Assembly: GCA_964016885.1 (NCBI GenBank)
Contig: OZ024761.1
Location: forward strand, 8,680,001 to 8,744,000
Reading direction: 5' to 3'
Length of the DNA stretch: 64,000 bases
Source of the DNA: Eledone cirrhosa
Taxonomy: Eukaryota
A program made the translations under genes and the position numbers. The notes below the pieces were generated by a model. That model ran no database searches. It saw nothing but the letters and a program-made list of their open reading frames with translations, and was not told where the DNA came from. Below are positions 23,682 to 37,049 of this stretch, piece after piece (the first letter of the stretch is position 1; each line of letters starts with the position of its first letter).

Positions 23682-26600
23682 CAATCTATTTCTTTCTTTG
23701 TTTCAATCTATTTCTTTCTTTGTCTCAATCTTTCTCTGTCTCAATCTGTTTCTTTCTCTGTCTCAATCTATTTCTTTCTCTGTCTCAATCTATTTCTTTC
23801 TCTGTCTCAATCTATTTCTTTCTCTGTCTCAATCTATTTCTTTCTTTGTCTCAATCTATTTCTTTCTCTGTCTCAATCTATTTCTTTCTCTGTCTCAATC
23901 TATTTCTTTCTCTGTCTCAATCTATTTCTTTCTTTGTCTCAATCTATTTCTTTCTCTGTCTCAATCTATTTCTTTCTCTGTCTCAATCTATTTCTTTCTC
24001 TGTCTCAATCTATTTCTTTCTCTGTCTCAATCTATTTCTTTCTCTGTCTCAATCTATTTCTTTCTCTGTCTCAATCTATTTCTTTCTTTGTCTCAATCTA
24101 TTTCTTTCTTTGTCTCAATCTATTTCTTTCTCTGTCTCAATCTATTTCTTTCTCTGTCTCAATCTATTTCTTTCTCTGTCTCAATCTATTTCTTTCTTTG
24201 TCTCAATCTATTTCTTTCTTTGTCTCAATCTATTTCTTTCTTTGTCTCAATATATTTCTTTCTCTGTCTCAATCTATTTCTTTCTTTGTCTCAATCTATT
24301 TCTTTCTCTGTCTCAATCTATTTCTTTCTTTGTCTCAATCTATTTCTTTCTCTGTCTCAATCTATTTCTTTCTCTGTCTCAATCTATTTCTTTCTTTGTC
24401 TCAATCTATTTCTTTCTTTGTCTCAATCTATTTCTTTCTCTGTCTCAATCTATTTCTTTCTCTGTCTCAATCTATTTCTTTCTCTGTCTCAATCTATTTC
24501 TTTCTTTGTCTCAATCTATTTCTTTCTCTGTCTCAATCTATTTCTTTCTCTGTCTCAATCTATTTCTTTCTCTGTCTCAATCTATTTCTTTCTCTGTCTC
24601 AATCTATTTCTTTCTCTGTCTCAATCTATTTCTTTCTTTGTCTCAATCTATTTCTTTCTTTGTCTCAATCTATTTCTTTCTTTGTCTCAATCTATTTCTT
24701 TCTCTGTCTCAATCTATTTCTTTCTTTATCTCAATCTATTTCTTTCTTTGTCTCAATCTATTTCTTTCTCTGTCTCAATCTATTTCTTTCTCTGTCTCAA
24801 TCTATTTCTTTCTCTGTCTCAATCTATTTCTTTCTCTGTCTCAATCTATTTCTTTCTCTGTCTCAATCTATTTCTTTCTTTGTCTCAATCTATTTCTTTC
24901 TCTGTCTCAATCTATTTCTTTCTTTGTCTCAATCTATTTCTTTCTTTGTCTCAATCTATTTCTTTCTCTGTCTCAATCTATTTCTTTCTCTGTCTCAATC
25001 TATTTCTTTCTCTGTCTCAATCTATTTCTTTCTCTGTCTCAATCTATTTCTTTCTCTGTCTCAATCTATTTCTTTCTCTGTCTCAATCTATTTCTTTCTT
25101 TGTCTCAATCTATTTCTTTCTGTCTCAATCTATTTCTTTCTCTGTCTCAATCTATTTCTTTCTTTGTCTCAATCTATTTCTTTCTTTGTCTCAATCTATT
25201 TCTTTCTCTGTCTCAATCTATTTCTTTCTCTGTCTCAATCTATTTCTTTCTCTGTCTCAATCTATTTCTTTCTTTGTCTCAATCTATTTCTTTCTCTGTC
25301 TCAATCTATTTCTTTCTTTGTCTCAATCTATTTCTTTCTCTGTCTCAATCTATTTCTTTCTTTGTCTCAATCTATTTCTTTCTTTGTCTCAATCTATTTC
25401 TTTCTTTGTCTCAATCTATTTCTTTCTCTGTCTCAATCTATTTCTTTCTTTGTCTCAATCTATTTCTTTCTCTGTCTCAATCTATTTCTTTCTTTGTCTC
25501 AATCTATTTCTTTCTCTGTCTCAATCTATTTCTTTCTTTGTCTCAATCTATTTCTTTCTTTGTCTCAATCTATTTCTTTCTCTGTCTCAATCTATTTCTT
25601 TCTCTGTCTCAATCTATTTCTTTCTCTGTCTCAATCTATTTCTTTCTCTGTCTCAATCTATTTCTTTCTCTGTCTCAATCTATTTCTTTCTTTGTCTCAA
25701 TCTATTTCTTTCTCTGTCTCAATCTATTTCTTTCTTTGTCTCAATCTATTTCTTTCTTTGTCTCAATCTATTTCTTTCTCTGTCTCAATCTATTTCTTTC
25801 TTTGTCTCAATCTATTTCTTTCTTTGTCTCAATCTATTTCTTTCTCTGTCTCAATCTATTTCTTTCTCTGTCTCAATCTATTTCTTTCTGTCTCAATCTA
25901 TTTCTTTCTTTGCCTCAATCTATTTCTTTCTCTGTCTCAATCTATTTCTTTCTTTGTCTCAATCTATTTCTTTCTTTGTCTCAATCTATTTCTTTCTGTC
26001 TCAATCTATTTCTTTCTTTGTCTCAATCTATTTCTTTCTTTGTCTCAATCTATTTCTTTCTCTGTCTCAATCTATTTCTTTCTCTGTCTCAATCTATTTC
26101 TTTCTCTGTCTCAATCTATTTCTTTCTTTGTCTCAATCTATTTCTTTCTTTGTCTCAATCTATTTCTTTCTCTGTCTCAATCTATTTCTTTCTTTGTCTC
26201 AATCTATTTCTTTCTTTGTCTCAATCTATTTCTTTCTCTGTCTCAATCTATTTCTTTCTTTGTCTCAATCTATTTCTTTCTCTGTCTCAATCTATTTCTT
26301 TCTTTGTCTCAATCTATTTCTTTCTTTGTCTCAATCTATTTCTTTCTGTCTCAATCTATTTCTTTCTTTGTCTCAATCTATTTCTTTCTTTGTCTCAATC
26401 TATTTCTTTCTCTGTCTCAATCTATTTCTTTCTCTGTCTCAATCTATTTCTTTCTCTGTCTCAATCTATTTCTTTCTTTGTCTCAATCTATTTCTTTCTT
26501 TGTCTCAATCTATTTCTTTCTCTGTCTCAATCTATTTCTTTCTTTGTCTCAATCTATTTCTTTCTTTGTCTCAATCTATTTCTTTCTCTGCCTCAATCTA

Positions 26601-29600
26601 TTTCTTTCTCTGTCTATTTCTTTCTCTGTCTCAATCTATTTCTTTCTCTGTCTCAATCTATTTCTTTCTTTGTCTCAATCTATTTCTTTCTCTCTCTCAA
26701 TCTATTTCTTTCTCTGTCTCAATCTATTTCTTTCTTTGTCTCAATCTATTTCTTTCTTTGTCTCAATCTATTTCTTTCTCAGCCTCAATCTATTTCTTTC
26801 TCTGTCTCAATCTATTTCTTTCTCTGCCTCAATCTATTTCTTTCTCTGTCTATTTCTTTCTCTGTCTCAATCTATTTCTTTCTTTGTCTCAATCTATATC
26901 TTTCTTTGTCTCAATCTATTTCTTTCTCAGCCTCAATCTATTTCTTTCTCTGTCTCAATCTATTTCTTTCTCTGCCTCAATCTATTTCTTTCTCTGTCTA
27001 TTTCTTTCTCTGTCTCAATCTATTTCTTTCTTTGTCTCAATCTATATCTTTCTTTGTCTCAATCTATTTCTTTCTTTGTCTCAATCTATTTCTTTCTCTG
27101 TCTCAATCTATTTCTTTCTCTGTCTCAATCTATTTCTTTCTTTGTCTCAATCTATTTCTTTCTCTGTCTCAATCTATTTCTTTCTTTGTCTCAATCTATT
27201 TCTTTCTCTGTCTCAATCTATTTCTTTCTCTGTCTCAATCTATTTCTTTCTTTGTCTCAATCTATTTCTTTCTCTGTCTCAATCTATTTCTTTCTCTGTC
27301 TCAATCTATTTCTTTCTTTGTCTCAATCTATTTCTTTCTTTGTCTCAATATATTTCTTTCTCTATCTCAATCTATTTCTTTCTTTGTCTCAATCTATTTC
27401 TTTCTTTGTCTCAATCTATTTCTTTCTCTGTCTCAATCTATTTCTTTCTTTGTCTCAATCTATTTCTTTCTCTGTCTCAATCTATTTCTTTCTCTGTCTT
27501 AATCTATTTCTTTCTTTGTCTCAATCTATTTCTTTCTCTGTCTCAATCTATTTCTTTCTCTGTCTCAATCTATTTCTTTCTTTGTCTCAATCTATTTCTT
27601 TCTTTGTCTCAATCTATTTCTTTCTCTGTCTCAATCTATTTCTTTCTCTGTCTCAATCTATTTCTTTCTTTGTCTCAATCTATTTCTTTCTCTGTCTCAA
27701 TCTATTTCTTTCTCTGTCTCAATCTATTTCTTTCTTTGTCTCAATCTATTTCTTTCTCTGTCTCAATCTATTTCTTTCTCTGTCTCAATCTATTTCTTTC
27801 TTTGTCTCAATCTATTTCTTTCTCTGTCTCAATCTATTTCTTTCTTTGTCTCAATCTATTTCTTTCTCTGTCTCAATCTATTTCTTTCTCTGTCTCAATC
27901 TATTTCTTTCTCTGTCTTAATCTATTTCTTTCTTTGTCTCAATCTATTTCTTTCTCTGTCTCAATCTATTTCTTTCTCTGTCTCAATCTATTTCTTTCTT
28001 TGTCTCAATCTATTTCTTTCTTTGTCTCAATCTATTTCTTTCTTTGTCTCAATCTATTTCTTTCTTTGTCTCAATCTATTTCTTTCTCTGTCTTAATCTA
28101 TTTCTTTCTCTGTCTCAATCTATTTCTTTCTCTGTCTCAATCTATTTCTTTCTTTGTCTCAATCTATTTCTTTCTTTGTCTCAATCTATTTCTTTCTTTG
28201 TCTCAATCTATTTCTTTCTCTGTCTTAATCTATTTCTTTCTCTGTCTCAATCTATTTCTTTCTCTGTCTCAATCTATTTCTTTCTTTGTCTCAATCTATT
28301 TCTTTCTTTGTCTCAATCTATTTCTTTCTCTGTCTCAATCTATTTCTTTCTTTGTCTCAATCTATTTCTTTCTTTGTCTCAATCTATTTCTTTCTTTGTT
28401 TCAATCTATTTCTTTCTTTGTCTCAATCTATTTCTTTCTTTGTCTCAATCTATTTCTTTCTCTGTCTCAATCTATTTCTTTCTTTGTTTCAATCTATTTC
28501 TTTCTCTGTCTCAATCTATTTCTTTCTTTGTCTCAATCTATTTCTTTCTCTGTCTCAATCTATTTCTTTCTTTGTCTCAATCTATTTCTTTCTCTGTCTC
28601 AATCTATTTCTTTCTCTGTCTCAATCTATTTCTTTCTCTGTCTCAATCTATTTCTTTCTTTGTCTCAATCTATTTCTTTCTTTGTCTCAATCTATTTCTT
28701 TCTTTGTCTCAATCTATTTCTTTCTCTGTCTCAATCTATTTCTTTCTTTGTCTCAATCTATTTCTTTCTCTGTCTCAATCTATTTCTTTCTCTGTCTCAA
28801 TCTATTTCTTTCTCTGTCTCAATCTATTTCTTTCTTTGTCTCAATCTATTTCTTTCTTTGTCCCAATCTATTTCTTTCTTTGTCTCAATCTATTTCTTTC
28901 TCTGTCTCAATCTATTTCTTTCTTTGTCTCAATCTATTTCTTTCTCTGTCTCAATCTATTTCTTTCTCTGTCTCAATCTATTTCTTTCTCTGTCTCAATC
29001 TATTTCTTTCTCTGTCTCAATCTATTTCTTTCTTTGTCTCAATCTATTTCTTTCTCTGTCTCAATCTATTTCTTTCTTTGTCTCAATCTATTTCTTTCTT
29101 TGTCTCAATCTATTTCTTTCTTTGTCTCAATCTATTTCTTTCTCTGTCTCAATCTATTTCTTTCTTTGTCTCAATCTATTTCTTTCTTTGTCTCAATCTA
29201 TTTCTTTCTCTGTCTCAATCTATTTCTTTCTTTGTCTCAATCTATTTCTTTCTTTGTCTCAATTTATTTCTTTCTTTGTCTCAATCTATTTCTTTCTCTG
29301 TCTCAATCTATTTCTTTCTTTGTCTCAATCTATTTCTTTCTCTGTCTCAATCTATTTCTTTCTCTGTCTCAATCTATTTCTTTCTCTGTCTCAATCTATT
29401 TCTTTCTTTGTCTCAATCTATTTCTTTCTTTGTCCCAATCTATTTCTTTCTTTGTCTCAATCTATTTCTTTCTCTGTCTCAATCTATTTCTTTCTTTGTC
29501 TCAATCTATTTCTTTCTCTGTCTCAATCTATTTCTTTCTCTGTCTCAATCTATTTCTTTCTCTGTCTCAATCTATTTCTTTCTCTGTCTCAATCTATTTC

Positions 29601-29783
29601 TTTCTTTGTCTCAATCTATTTCTTTCTCTGTCTCAATCTATTTCTTTCTCTGTCTCAATCTATTTCTTTCTTTGTCTCAATCTATTTCTTTCTTTGTCTC
29701 AATCTATTTCTTTCTCTGTCTCAATCTATTTCTTTCTTTGTCTCAATCTATTTCTTTCTCTGTCTCAATCTATTTCTTTCTCT
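23682..29783. repeat. 6.1-kb 22-bp satellite TGTCTCAATCTATTTCTTTCT(C/T), roughly 275-280 units
   Basis: Directly visible; explains the spurious 500-2100 aa ORFs; last unit is the pyrimidine tract of the final exon. Confidence 0.97.
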
Positions 29784-29794
29784 CCTTTGGTCAG

Positions 29795-30168
29795 GTCTGG
29801 AATTTGCCTACTCAATGGCGCCAACATCCATGAAAGGTATCATCATGGGACTGTTCCTCTTCTTCTCAGGTGTTGGCAGTCTGATTGGCATCGGTGCCAT
29901 ACAAGTACTGAAAGGGACGCTGTTCTTTGGCGAGGACTTTGGTGACATCAACATCAGGAAATGTGACTCTAAGGGCCGTGTCACCCATGCCAGCCACCTC
30001 GACTACTACTTCTTCTCCATGGCCATCTTCCTTGCCATCTTCACCTTCATCTTCATTATTGTCTCACGCTGCTCCAAGTTTGGAAAATCCTATTCAGTTT
30101 CTACGGCAACAAGGAGGGATTCAAAAAAGATCAGGTGTGAAAACAGTTCAATTAACAGAGTTGAATAA
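29795..30168 (+). CDS. SLC15A4: SLC15A4-like terminal coding exon
   Basis: CAG at 29792-29794, phase 1; GLEFAYSMAPTSMKGIIMGLFLFFSGVGS...HLDYYFF; TAA stop; AATAAA at the stop and downstream. Confidence 0.92.
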
Positions 30169-32182
30169 AAAATAAAATGGCGGCGTCTAAAAAATAATGA
30201 GCAGAGCCCCTCCCCCTTCCCGACAGATAAGATTATTTTGACAATGGTGTTTGGACGTGTGTGTGAATGGGGAAGGGAAAAACCAAGCACTGATGAGAGG
30301 AAATATATGTATAAGGGACTGGGTAGGGGCATGTAAAAAGGCACAGGTTTCAAAGTTGGGGGGGATGACCAAGGTGTGGGGGGATAGTGAAAGGGGCTTT
30401 AAACAAAATAAATCCAGTAGATTCCTTACTAACAAAGGGAGCAAATAGCTCAGATTTTCTTCTTTTTTTTTGTTTCTACAGCAACGACTAAGGGACGTGG
30501 TGGGATCACTCCTTCCCTGCCCCACTCCCCTTTTATACATTGGTTCCCCAACCTGTTCACACGATTAAGGGCTGCCCTACTTATATAAATGGTTTTTCTC
30601 AAGGGCCCCAGGCAGCTTTTCAAAAGCTCTATCTACTCAACAAAACTCATTTTAACACCAGTCTTCCCAGCTTAAACATTTTTAAAGTTTATTTTTACAG
30701 ACAAATACTTCATAAAGCTGGTACAATACTGTAGAAATATATAAAGGTCAATGGATGACAAATAAAACAAAACAAGTAATGTTTTACCCAGTATATTTCA
30801 TCATGATATTTCAGGGCTAATACCCTCTTTTCAAATGTAAAAACAAAAACGGTTCCAAACATAACTAACGATTGATATGATCTTCCCTAGCTTAAACCAG
30901 ATTCTTCTTCTTGTCATGTCCCCAAGAGTGTCAGTTACAAAGCTTGGCTAGATGTGGTTCCACCACAGCTAAACACATTGCTGTCCTTTCTCATTAAACT
31001 CTGTGCAGCAGTCTTCCTGCATTTTCTGTGATTCGATGCCACACTCACACACTATGTCCCCATCCTTTAAATATCCTCATTTTGCAAGATACTTAGACCA
31101 GATAGGAAAGATTGTTGATTTTGTTTTGAACTGGTTTTTTTTTATTTATTTATTTTTATTTTACATTTGAAAAGACGGTATTATCTCTGAAATATGATGC
31201 TGTTCCCCCTCACACCAGTACTATCCAGTTCCACACTGTAAACATGGTTGGTGTTAGGAAGGGCATCCAGCTGTAAAATCCTCAGATCAGAAAAATTTAC
31301 AGTCCTCATCAGAGTCCTCATCTGGCCAGACTTGTCTCTTCACGTGGACAACCCATGCAAACATGGAACAATGGACGCTAAACGGTTATGATGATACCGG
31401 GTCAGAAAAACATTACTTGTTTTATTTGTCATCCTTTATCCTTTATATATAGGCAGCGAATTCGCAGAGTCCATAAAATGCTTTATGGTATCCGTCCCGC
31501 CAGTGTCAACTTTGCTTTCATCCTTTCGAGATTGATAAAAATAAAGTACCAGTCACATACTGGGGTTGATTCTTCCTCTATAGAAACAATCGGCTGTGTT
31601 CAGACCTGGAGAGGGTTGTGCTCCGCCAGGTTTAAAAGTGCCCTAGACACACCATATAACAGTGCCTCTACAACTCCACAAGGAATTATGGGATATTTAT
31701 CCTACCCTTTATATATCTCTACCACATTGTCCCAGCTTTCTGAAATATTTAGTCATTTATTACATATCTCACAATGCTTCATATTTACTATACTACTTTA
31801 TTTTTACCATATTTATCAGCTTTATTGCGAGTAGTGAAGGTGTGTGGCCTTGTGGTTGGGGTGTTAGGCTGATGATTGTAAGATTGCTAGTCCGTGAGTT
31901 TGATTCCTGGATGTTGTAGGGAAAATCCCTGAACACCCCCCATGAACTGAAAGTGGACTAGGCAAAATGTCTATAATTAATAACTGAAATGAACTGTCAG
32001 TTAGACTGTGTAAACGGAGTCTCATTGGAATGATCTCGTTGGTGGTTTGAAATTATGCCTGGTGTATATTTTGGTTGTACCTTCATTCGTACAGATATAC
32101 TAACAGCCCATGATAACACTGGACTTGGGTGGCACATTGTGTCCTTGAACAAGGCACTTCATTTCATCTTGGTTCAATCCAC

Positions 32183-32575
32183 ATCATCATCATCATTATC
32201 ATCATAATTTTATGTCCGCTTTTCCCTGCTAGCAAGGGTTGGACTATTGACCTGTTGTGGGCAGTGTCCAGTTGGCTGACCTTGTCTTGCTCATACGGGA
32301 ACTGATTCTGGCTTGATTTCTACAGCTGGATGCCCTTCCTAACACCAACCTCATTTACAGTGAGTGCTGGGTGCTTTTTTGCCGTGGCACCTCCACGACC
32401 ACTTTGCAGTGGAATGATAGGGACCCCAGTCCCTATCATCTCATTTTTACAGCTGAGTAAAACTGGAGCAATGTGAAATAAAGTGTCTTGCTCAAAGAAA
32501 CAACACATCACCCGGTCTGAGAATTGAACTCACAACCTTTCGATTGCAAGGCCAATGCTCTAACCATTAAGCCAG
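32183..32575 (-). mobile_element. tRNA-derived SINE with RTE-like tail
   Basis: Reverse complement of the 46235/50544 family; another partial copy 35230-35471. Confidence 0.85.
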
Positions 32576-32730
32576 TAGCAGGTGAAAGGGGAGGGGGGTA
32601 ACATTGCAATGGACTAACCAGTACCCATAGCAGATGCATGTGTAAGCTAACAATGCATTGGACTGGCAACTCATCCAGGGAGATGTACTCTCAGTTAGTT
32701 AACATAGTATGTTTGTATGTCTGTGTTTGT

Positions 32731-32953
32731 ATGTTAGCGTTTACATTACTCTATATGTACTGTTATATTTTCATGGTAAAGGCTTTACCTTGCGTAATAA
32801 TCTCATATAATATCGAATCTATTAGATTCTAATATTAATTATTTTGAGAACAATACCTTAACATTAGTATGAGTAGCCAATTACAGAGCTGGTTTGAACA
32901 GAAAGAGGTGAGAGAATTCTGACTGGATATGGCCAGTTTAAATGCTAAAGGCT
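32731..32953. mobile_element. piggyBac-like MITE, single-unit relative of the 72-bp arrays
   Basis: Starts TTAGCGTTTACATTACTCTATAT, ends TTTAAATGCTAAAGG; related pieces at 52497-52681 and 57685-57820. Confidence 0.6.
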
Positions 32954-34014
32954 TATATTAGCCCCCACCCCCCAAAAAACCCCCAGCTCCATGGTGTTGC
33001 AGTACTGCTAGAAAAAGTAGTAGCAGCAGCAGTAGTGGTGGTGGTGGTGGTGAATGATAGTTGTTGCTGTACTTGGCACAAAGTACCCTATGAGCCCCCC
33101 CCCCCCCCCCCTCTCCTACACGCACACCATCCAGATATGACACCTCCCTTCCAAATATGATGCCCCCTTCCAGATATGGTGCTCTTTCCAAATATTAGGG
33201 CACCCTTCTTCCAAATATTCCCCCACCCCCCTCCACTACATTCTCAGTGCCTTTCATTCAAAAATTTTTTTTCTTATTATATGTGTGTATATATGTCTGT
33301 GTCTGTCTATATGTCTGTGTGTGTATATGTCTGTCTGTATGTGTGTGTATATGTCTGTATGTGTGTGTGTGTATATGTCTGTCTGTATGTGTATATATCT
33401 GCATGTGTATTTACATATATATGTATATATATATATACATACATACAGATATATATATACATACATATATATATAAATATATACATACATACATACGTAC
33501 ACATGCAAGCGTGGAAGATGGACGTTAAACGATGATGATGATGATATACATACATACATATATATACATATATATATACATATACACCCGTCTAACCCAT
33601 GCTAGCGTGGAAGAACGGACGTAAAACGGTGATGATGATGATGATGATGATGATATATATATACATATATATATACATACATATATATATACATATACAT
33701 ATATATATATACATATACATATATATATATATATACATATATATACATACATATATATATATATACATATATATACATACATATATATATATATATACAT
33801 ATATAAATATATATATACATATATATACATACATATATATATATATACATATATAAATATATATATATATATATATACATATATAAATATATATATACAT
33901 ATATATACATACATATATATACATATATATATATACATATACATATATATATATATATATATATACATATATATACATACATATATATATATACATATAT
34001 AAATATATATATAC

Positions 34015-34054
<40 letters not shown>

Positions 34055-34403
34055 ACATACGTATATATACATATATATATACATGTATGTATATACATAC
34101 ATATATATATATACATACGTATATATACATAAATATATATATATATACATACGTATATATACATACATATATATATATATACATACGTATATATATATAC
34201 ATACATGTGTATGTATATATATGTGTTTGTAAGTGTGAGTCTATATATGTGTGATGTGTGATGTGAATGCATATGTTTGCATATTTTATTTTAATATATG
34301 AACCCATGCATATTTTTTTTTCCCTTGGTAGGTTGGGGGGAAGGGACATAGCCCTCACAGACCCTCCAAGATATATGTATATGTGTTATTGTGCATATAT
34401 AAA

Positions 34404-34440
<37 letters not shown>

Positions 34441-34444
<4 letters not shown>

Positions 34445-34890
34445 AATTGAGGTTGGTAATGGCACATGGAATATATAAGAGACAGAATACTTTTTTTGTG
34501 AAAAAACATAATTTTATAAGGTAAGGAAATAATAAAGGGTATAAAAAATGACCGGTTTCGATGGGTCTGCAAAAGCCATCTTTTCAAATGTTGATTAATA
34601 TTAAGAAAAATTAATAATACGAAGAGTTAAAATTTGAGACTTGAAAATTCAAGTATAAAATTCATTGTGGGATTTCATAGCAGATTTTCAAGTCTCAAAT
34701 TTTAACTCTTCGTATTATTAATTTTTCTTAATATTAATCAACATTTGAAAAGATGGCTTTTGCAGACCCATCGAAACCGGTCATTTTTTATACCCTTTAT
34801 TATTTCCTTACCTTATAAAATTATGTTTTTTCACAAAAAAGTATTCTGTCTCTTATATATTCCATGTGCCATTACCAACCTCAATTTTCT
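34441..34890. repeat. Long inverted repeat, ~207-bp arms, 35-bp spacer
   Basis: 34441-34648 is the reverse complement of 34684-34890 with about one indel. Confidence 0.95.
34740..34787 (+). ncRNA. Minimal type I hammerhead ribozyme, U3-A8 variant (mirror copy on - strand at ~34545-34592)
   Basis: TTGAAAA-GATGG..CCATC-GAAA-CCG-GTC; palindromic stem III ACCGGT; weak stem I. Confidence 0.6.
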
Positions 34891-34923
34891 CTATAACCTT
34901 CGCTTTGTGTAGAAAATTACACT

Positions 34924-34962
<39 letters not shown>

Positions 34963-34982
34963 TGTGTGTATATATATATATA

Positions 34983-35228
34983 CGAGGGTAATCCCAAAAG
35001 TAAGGTCTCCAAAAACGATGGGGACGCAGAGAAACTGTTCGTATGGCTGTTGGCAACACTGTTGTGATTGGTGCTTCCTTCACTCCCAAACAAGCATGCA
35101 CCCACTTCACTGGGATGCTCAATCTTGGCCTGGCAGCCGTTGAGAATGGAGCTCCCGTTGAACGGTACCGCAGCAAAGTGCGAATTTCGCTCAGTTATTC
35201 GGTTTTTTGAATGCAAAAGGTGTTGAAC
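34983..35228 (+). mobile_element. Mariner 5' fragment truncated by a SINE
   Basis: TA|CGAGGGTAATCCCAAAAGTAAGGTCTCC end; reads AKCEFRSVIRF..NAKG, mariner transposase N-terminal HTH. Confidence 0.7.
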
Positions 35229-35484
35229 CGTCCACTTTACAGAGTGGGCTGGGTGCTTTTTTTTTTTTTTTGCCGTGGCACCTCCACGACCACTTTGCAG
35301 TGGAATCATAGGGACCCCAGTCCCTATCATCTCATTTTTACAGCTGAGTAAAACTGGAGCAATGTGAAATAAAGTGTCTTGCTCAAGGAAACAACACATC
35401 ACCCGGTCTGAGAATTGAACTCACAACCTTTCGTTTGCAAGCCCAATGCTCTAACCACTAAGCCATGCGCCTAACCTTAACATT

Positions 35485-35670
35485 CGGTGGATTGGTAGTA
35501 TCGGTAGAGGGTCGGACGCCATGCTTTCTAGCATAGTTATGTCCCTTTACGACCTGAGTTCAAATCCTGCCGAGGTTGACTTTGCCTTTCATCCTTACGG
35601 GGGTCGATAAAATAAAGTACCAGTAATGCACTGGGTAATTGCTGGCCTTGTGCCTAAAGTAGAAACAATT
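35485..35670 (+). mobile_element. Second SINE family (cephalopod-type)
   Basis: Core GAGTTCAAATCC.GCCGAGGTT.ACTTTGCCTTTCATCC...GTCGATAAAATAAAGTACCAGT; other copies ~7225-7320(-), 31450-31570, 38420-38915, 46916-47098(-), 61960-62075. Confidence 0.75.
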
Positions 35671-36147
35671 ATATATATATATGAATGAGGATGGATTCAG
35701 TTAGAAACTGGTTAGACCATTACTCACTAGAGTACTTGATATATAGGGTAGTAGACTGTGGTTATGTGAATAAGTCAGGACCCCAACGGGTGAGCTCTTG
35801 CTGTTTCAACAGCTAGTTCCACATATATGTTCTTTGTTTGTGGGTTCAATTTCAGCTTTCCTTACTCAAGACCAACCAGCTACTCCCATTTATGTAATTA
35901 TTCATGTGAAAAATATATTTGGGGAGGGGACAGTCGATCGAATCGATCCCAGTACATTACTGGTACTTTATTTTATTGACCCCGTAAGGATGAAAGGTGG
36001 TGTGTTTGTGTGAGAAAGTGAGAGAAAGAGGTTTACTTCACATGTATGTGTCTATCTATATACACACACAGGCATGCATATATATATATATATATATATA
36101 TCCGTATATGTATTATATGTATGTGTCTATCTATATACACACAGGCA

Positions 36148-36212
<65 letters not shown>

Positions 36213-36256
36213 ATATGTATTATATGTATGTGTCTATCTATATACACACAAGCATG

Positions 36257-36318
<62 letters not shown>

Positions 36319-36597
36319 AACAAGTAGGACCCCGACGGCAGAGCTCAAGCCGTTTCGACGGTTAATTCTGGACTGAATTAGCCGTCGAAACGGCTTGAGC
36401 TCAGCCGTCGGGGTCCTACTTGTTCCTATTACCCACTCTACTACCCTAAGTATTGAGTACTTTGGTGCGTTATGGTCCACCTGGTTCCTTACCACATTTC
36501 CTTCGTTATATATATATATATATATATATATAGTTATATATATATATATCCGTATATGTATTATATGTATGTGTCTATCTATATACACACAAGCATG

Positions 36598-36636
<39 letters not shown>

Positions 36637-36680
36637 ATATGTATTATATGTATGTGTCTATCTATATACACACAAGCATG

Positions 36681-36716
<36 letters not shown>

Positions 36717-37049
36717 ATATGTATTATATGTATGTGCGTAATTTCTCAGGGACACTTTTCTCTTCCTAACTCTGTGTGTGGTGTGTTTATGTGAACAAGT
36801 GAGAGAGGGGAAAGACTGAGGGAGAGTTTTGGAGGGTGAGAGAGAGAAAGAGGTTTACTAGATATGTATGTAATATCTATACACACACATACATATCTCT
36901 ATATAAATTTCTGCAATTCTGTCACAACATGTAAAGAGAGAGTAGTAGTTTGACTACCTCATACTACTCCTTTCTCTTTACGTCTGCTGCTTGCTTGAAT
37001 GTGTGTGTGTGTAAAAGGAAGGAAGGGGATAGTGAAAAAACTGCTGTGT

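Noticed and set aside
23558-30168. ORFs of 515-2168 aa, one running in frame into the SLC15A4 last exon
   Set aside because: Translation of a stop-free 22-bp satellite; the real exon has a canonical acceptor at 29794 whose phase matches the previous exon.
33270-34440. Many Y/I/C/V-rich ORFs (also 9255-10072, 13998-14718, 22274-23190, 36000-36770, 40437-41800)
   Set aside because: Translations of TA/CA/GT microsatellites.
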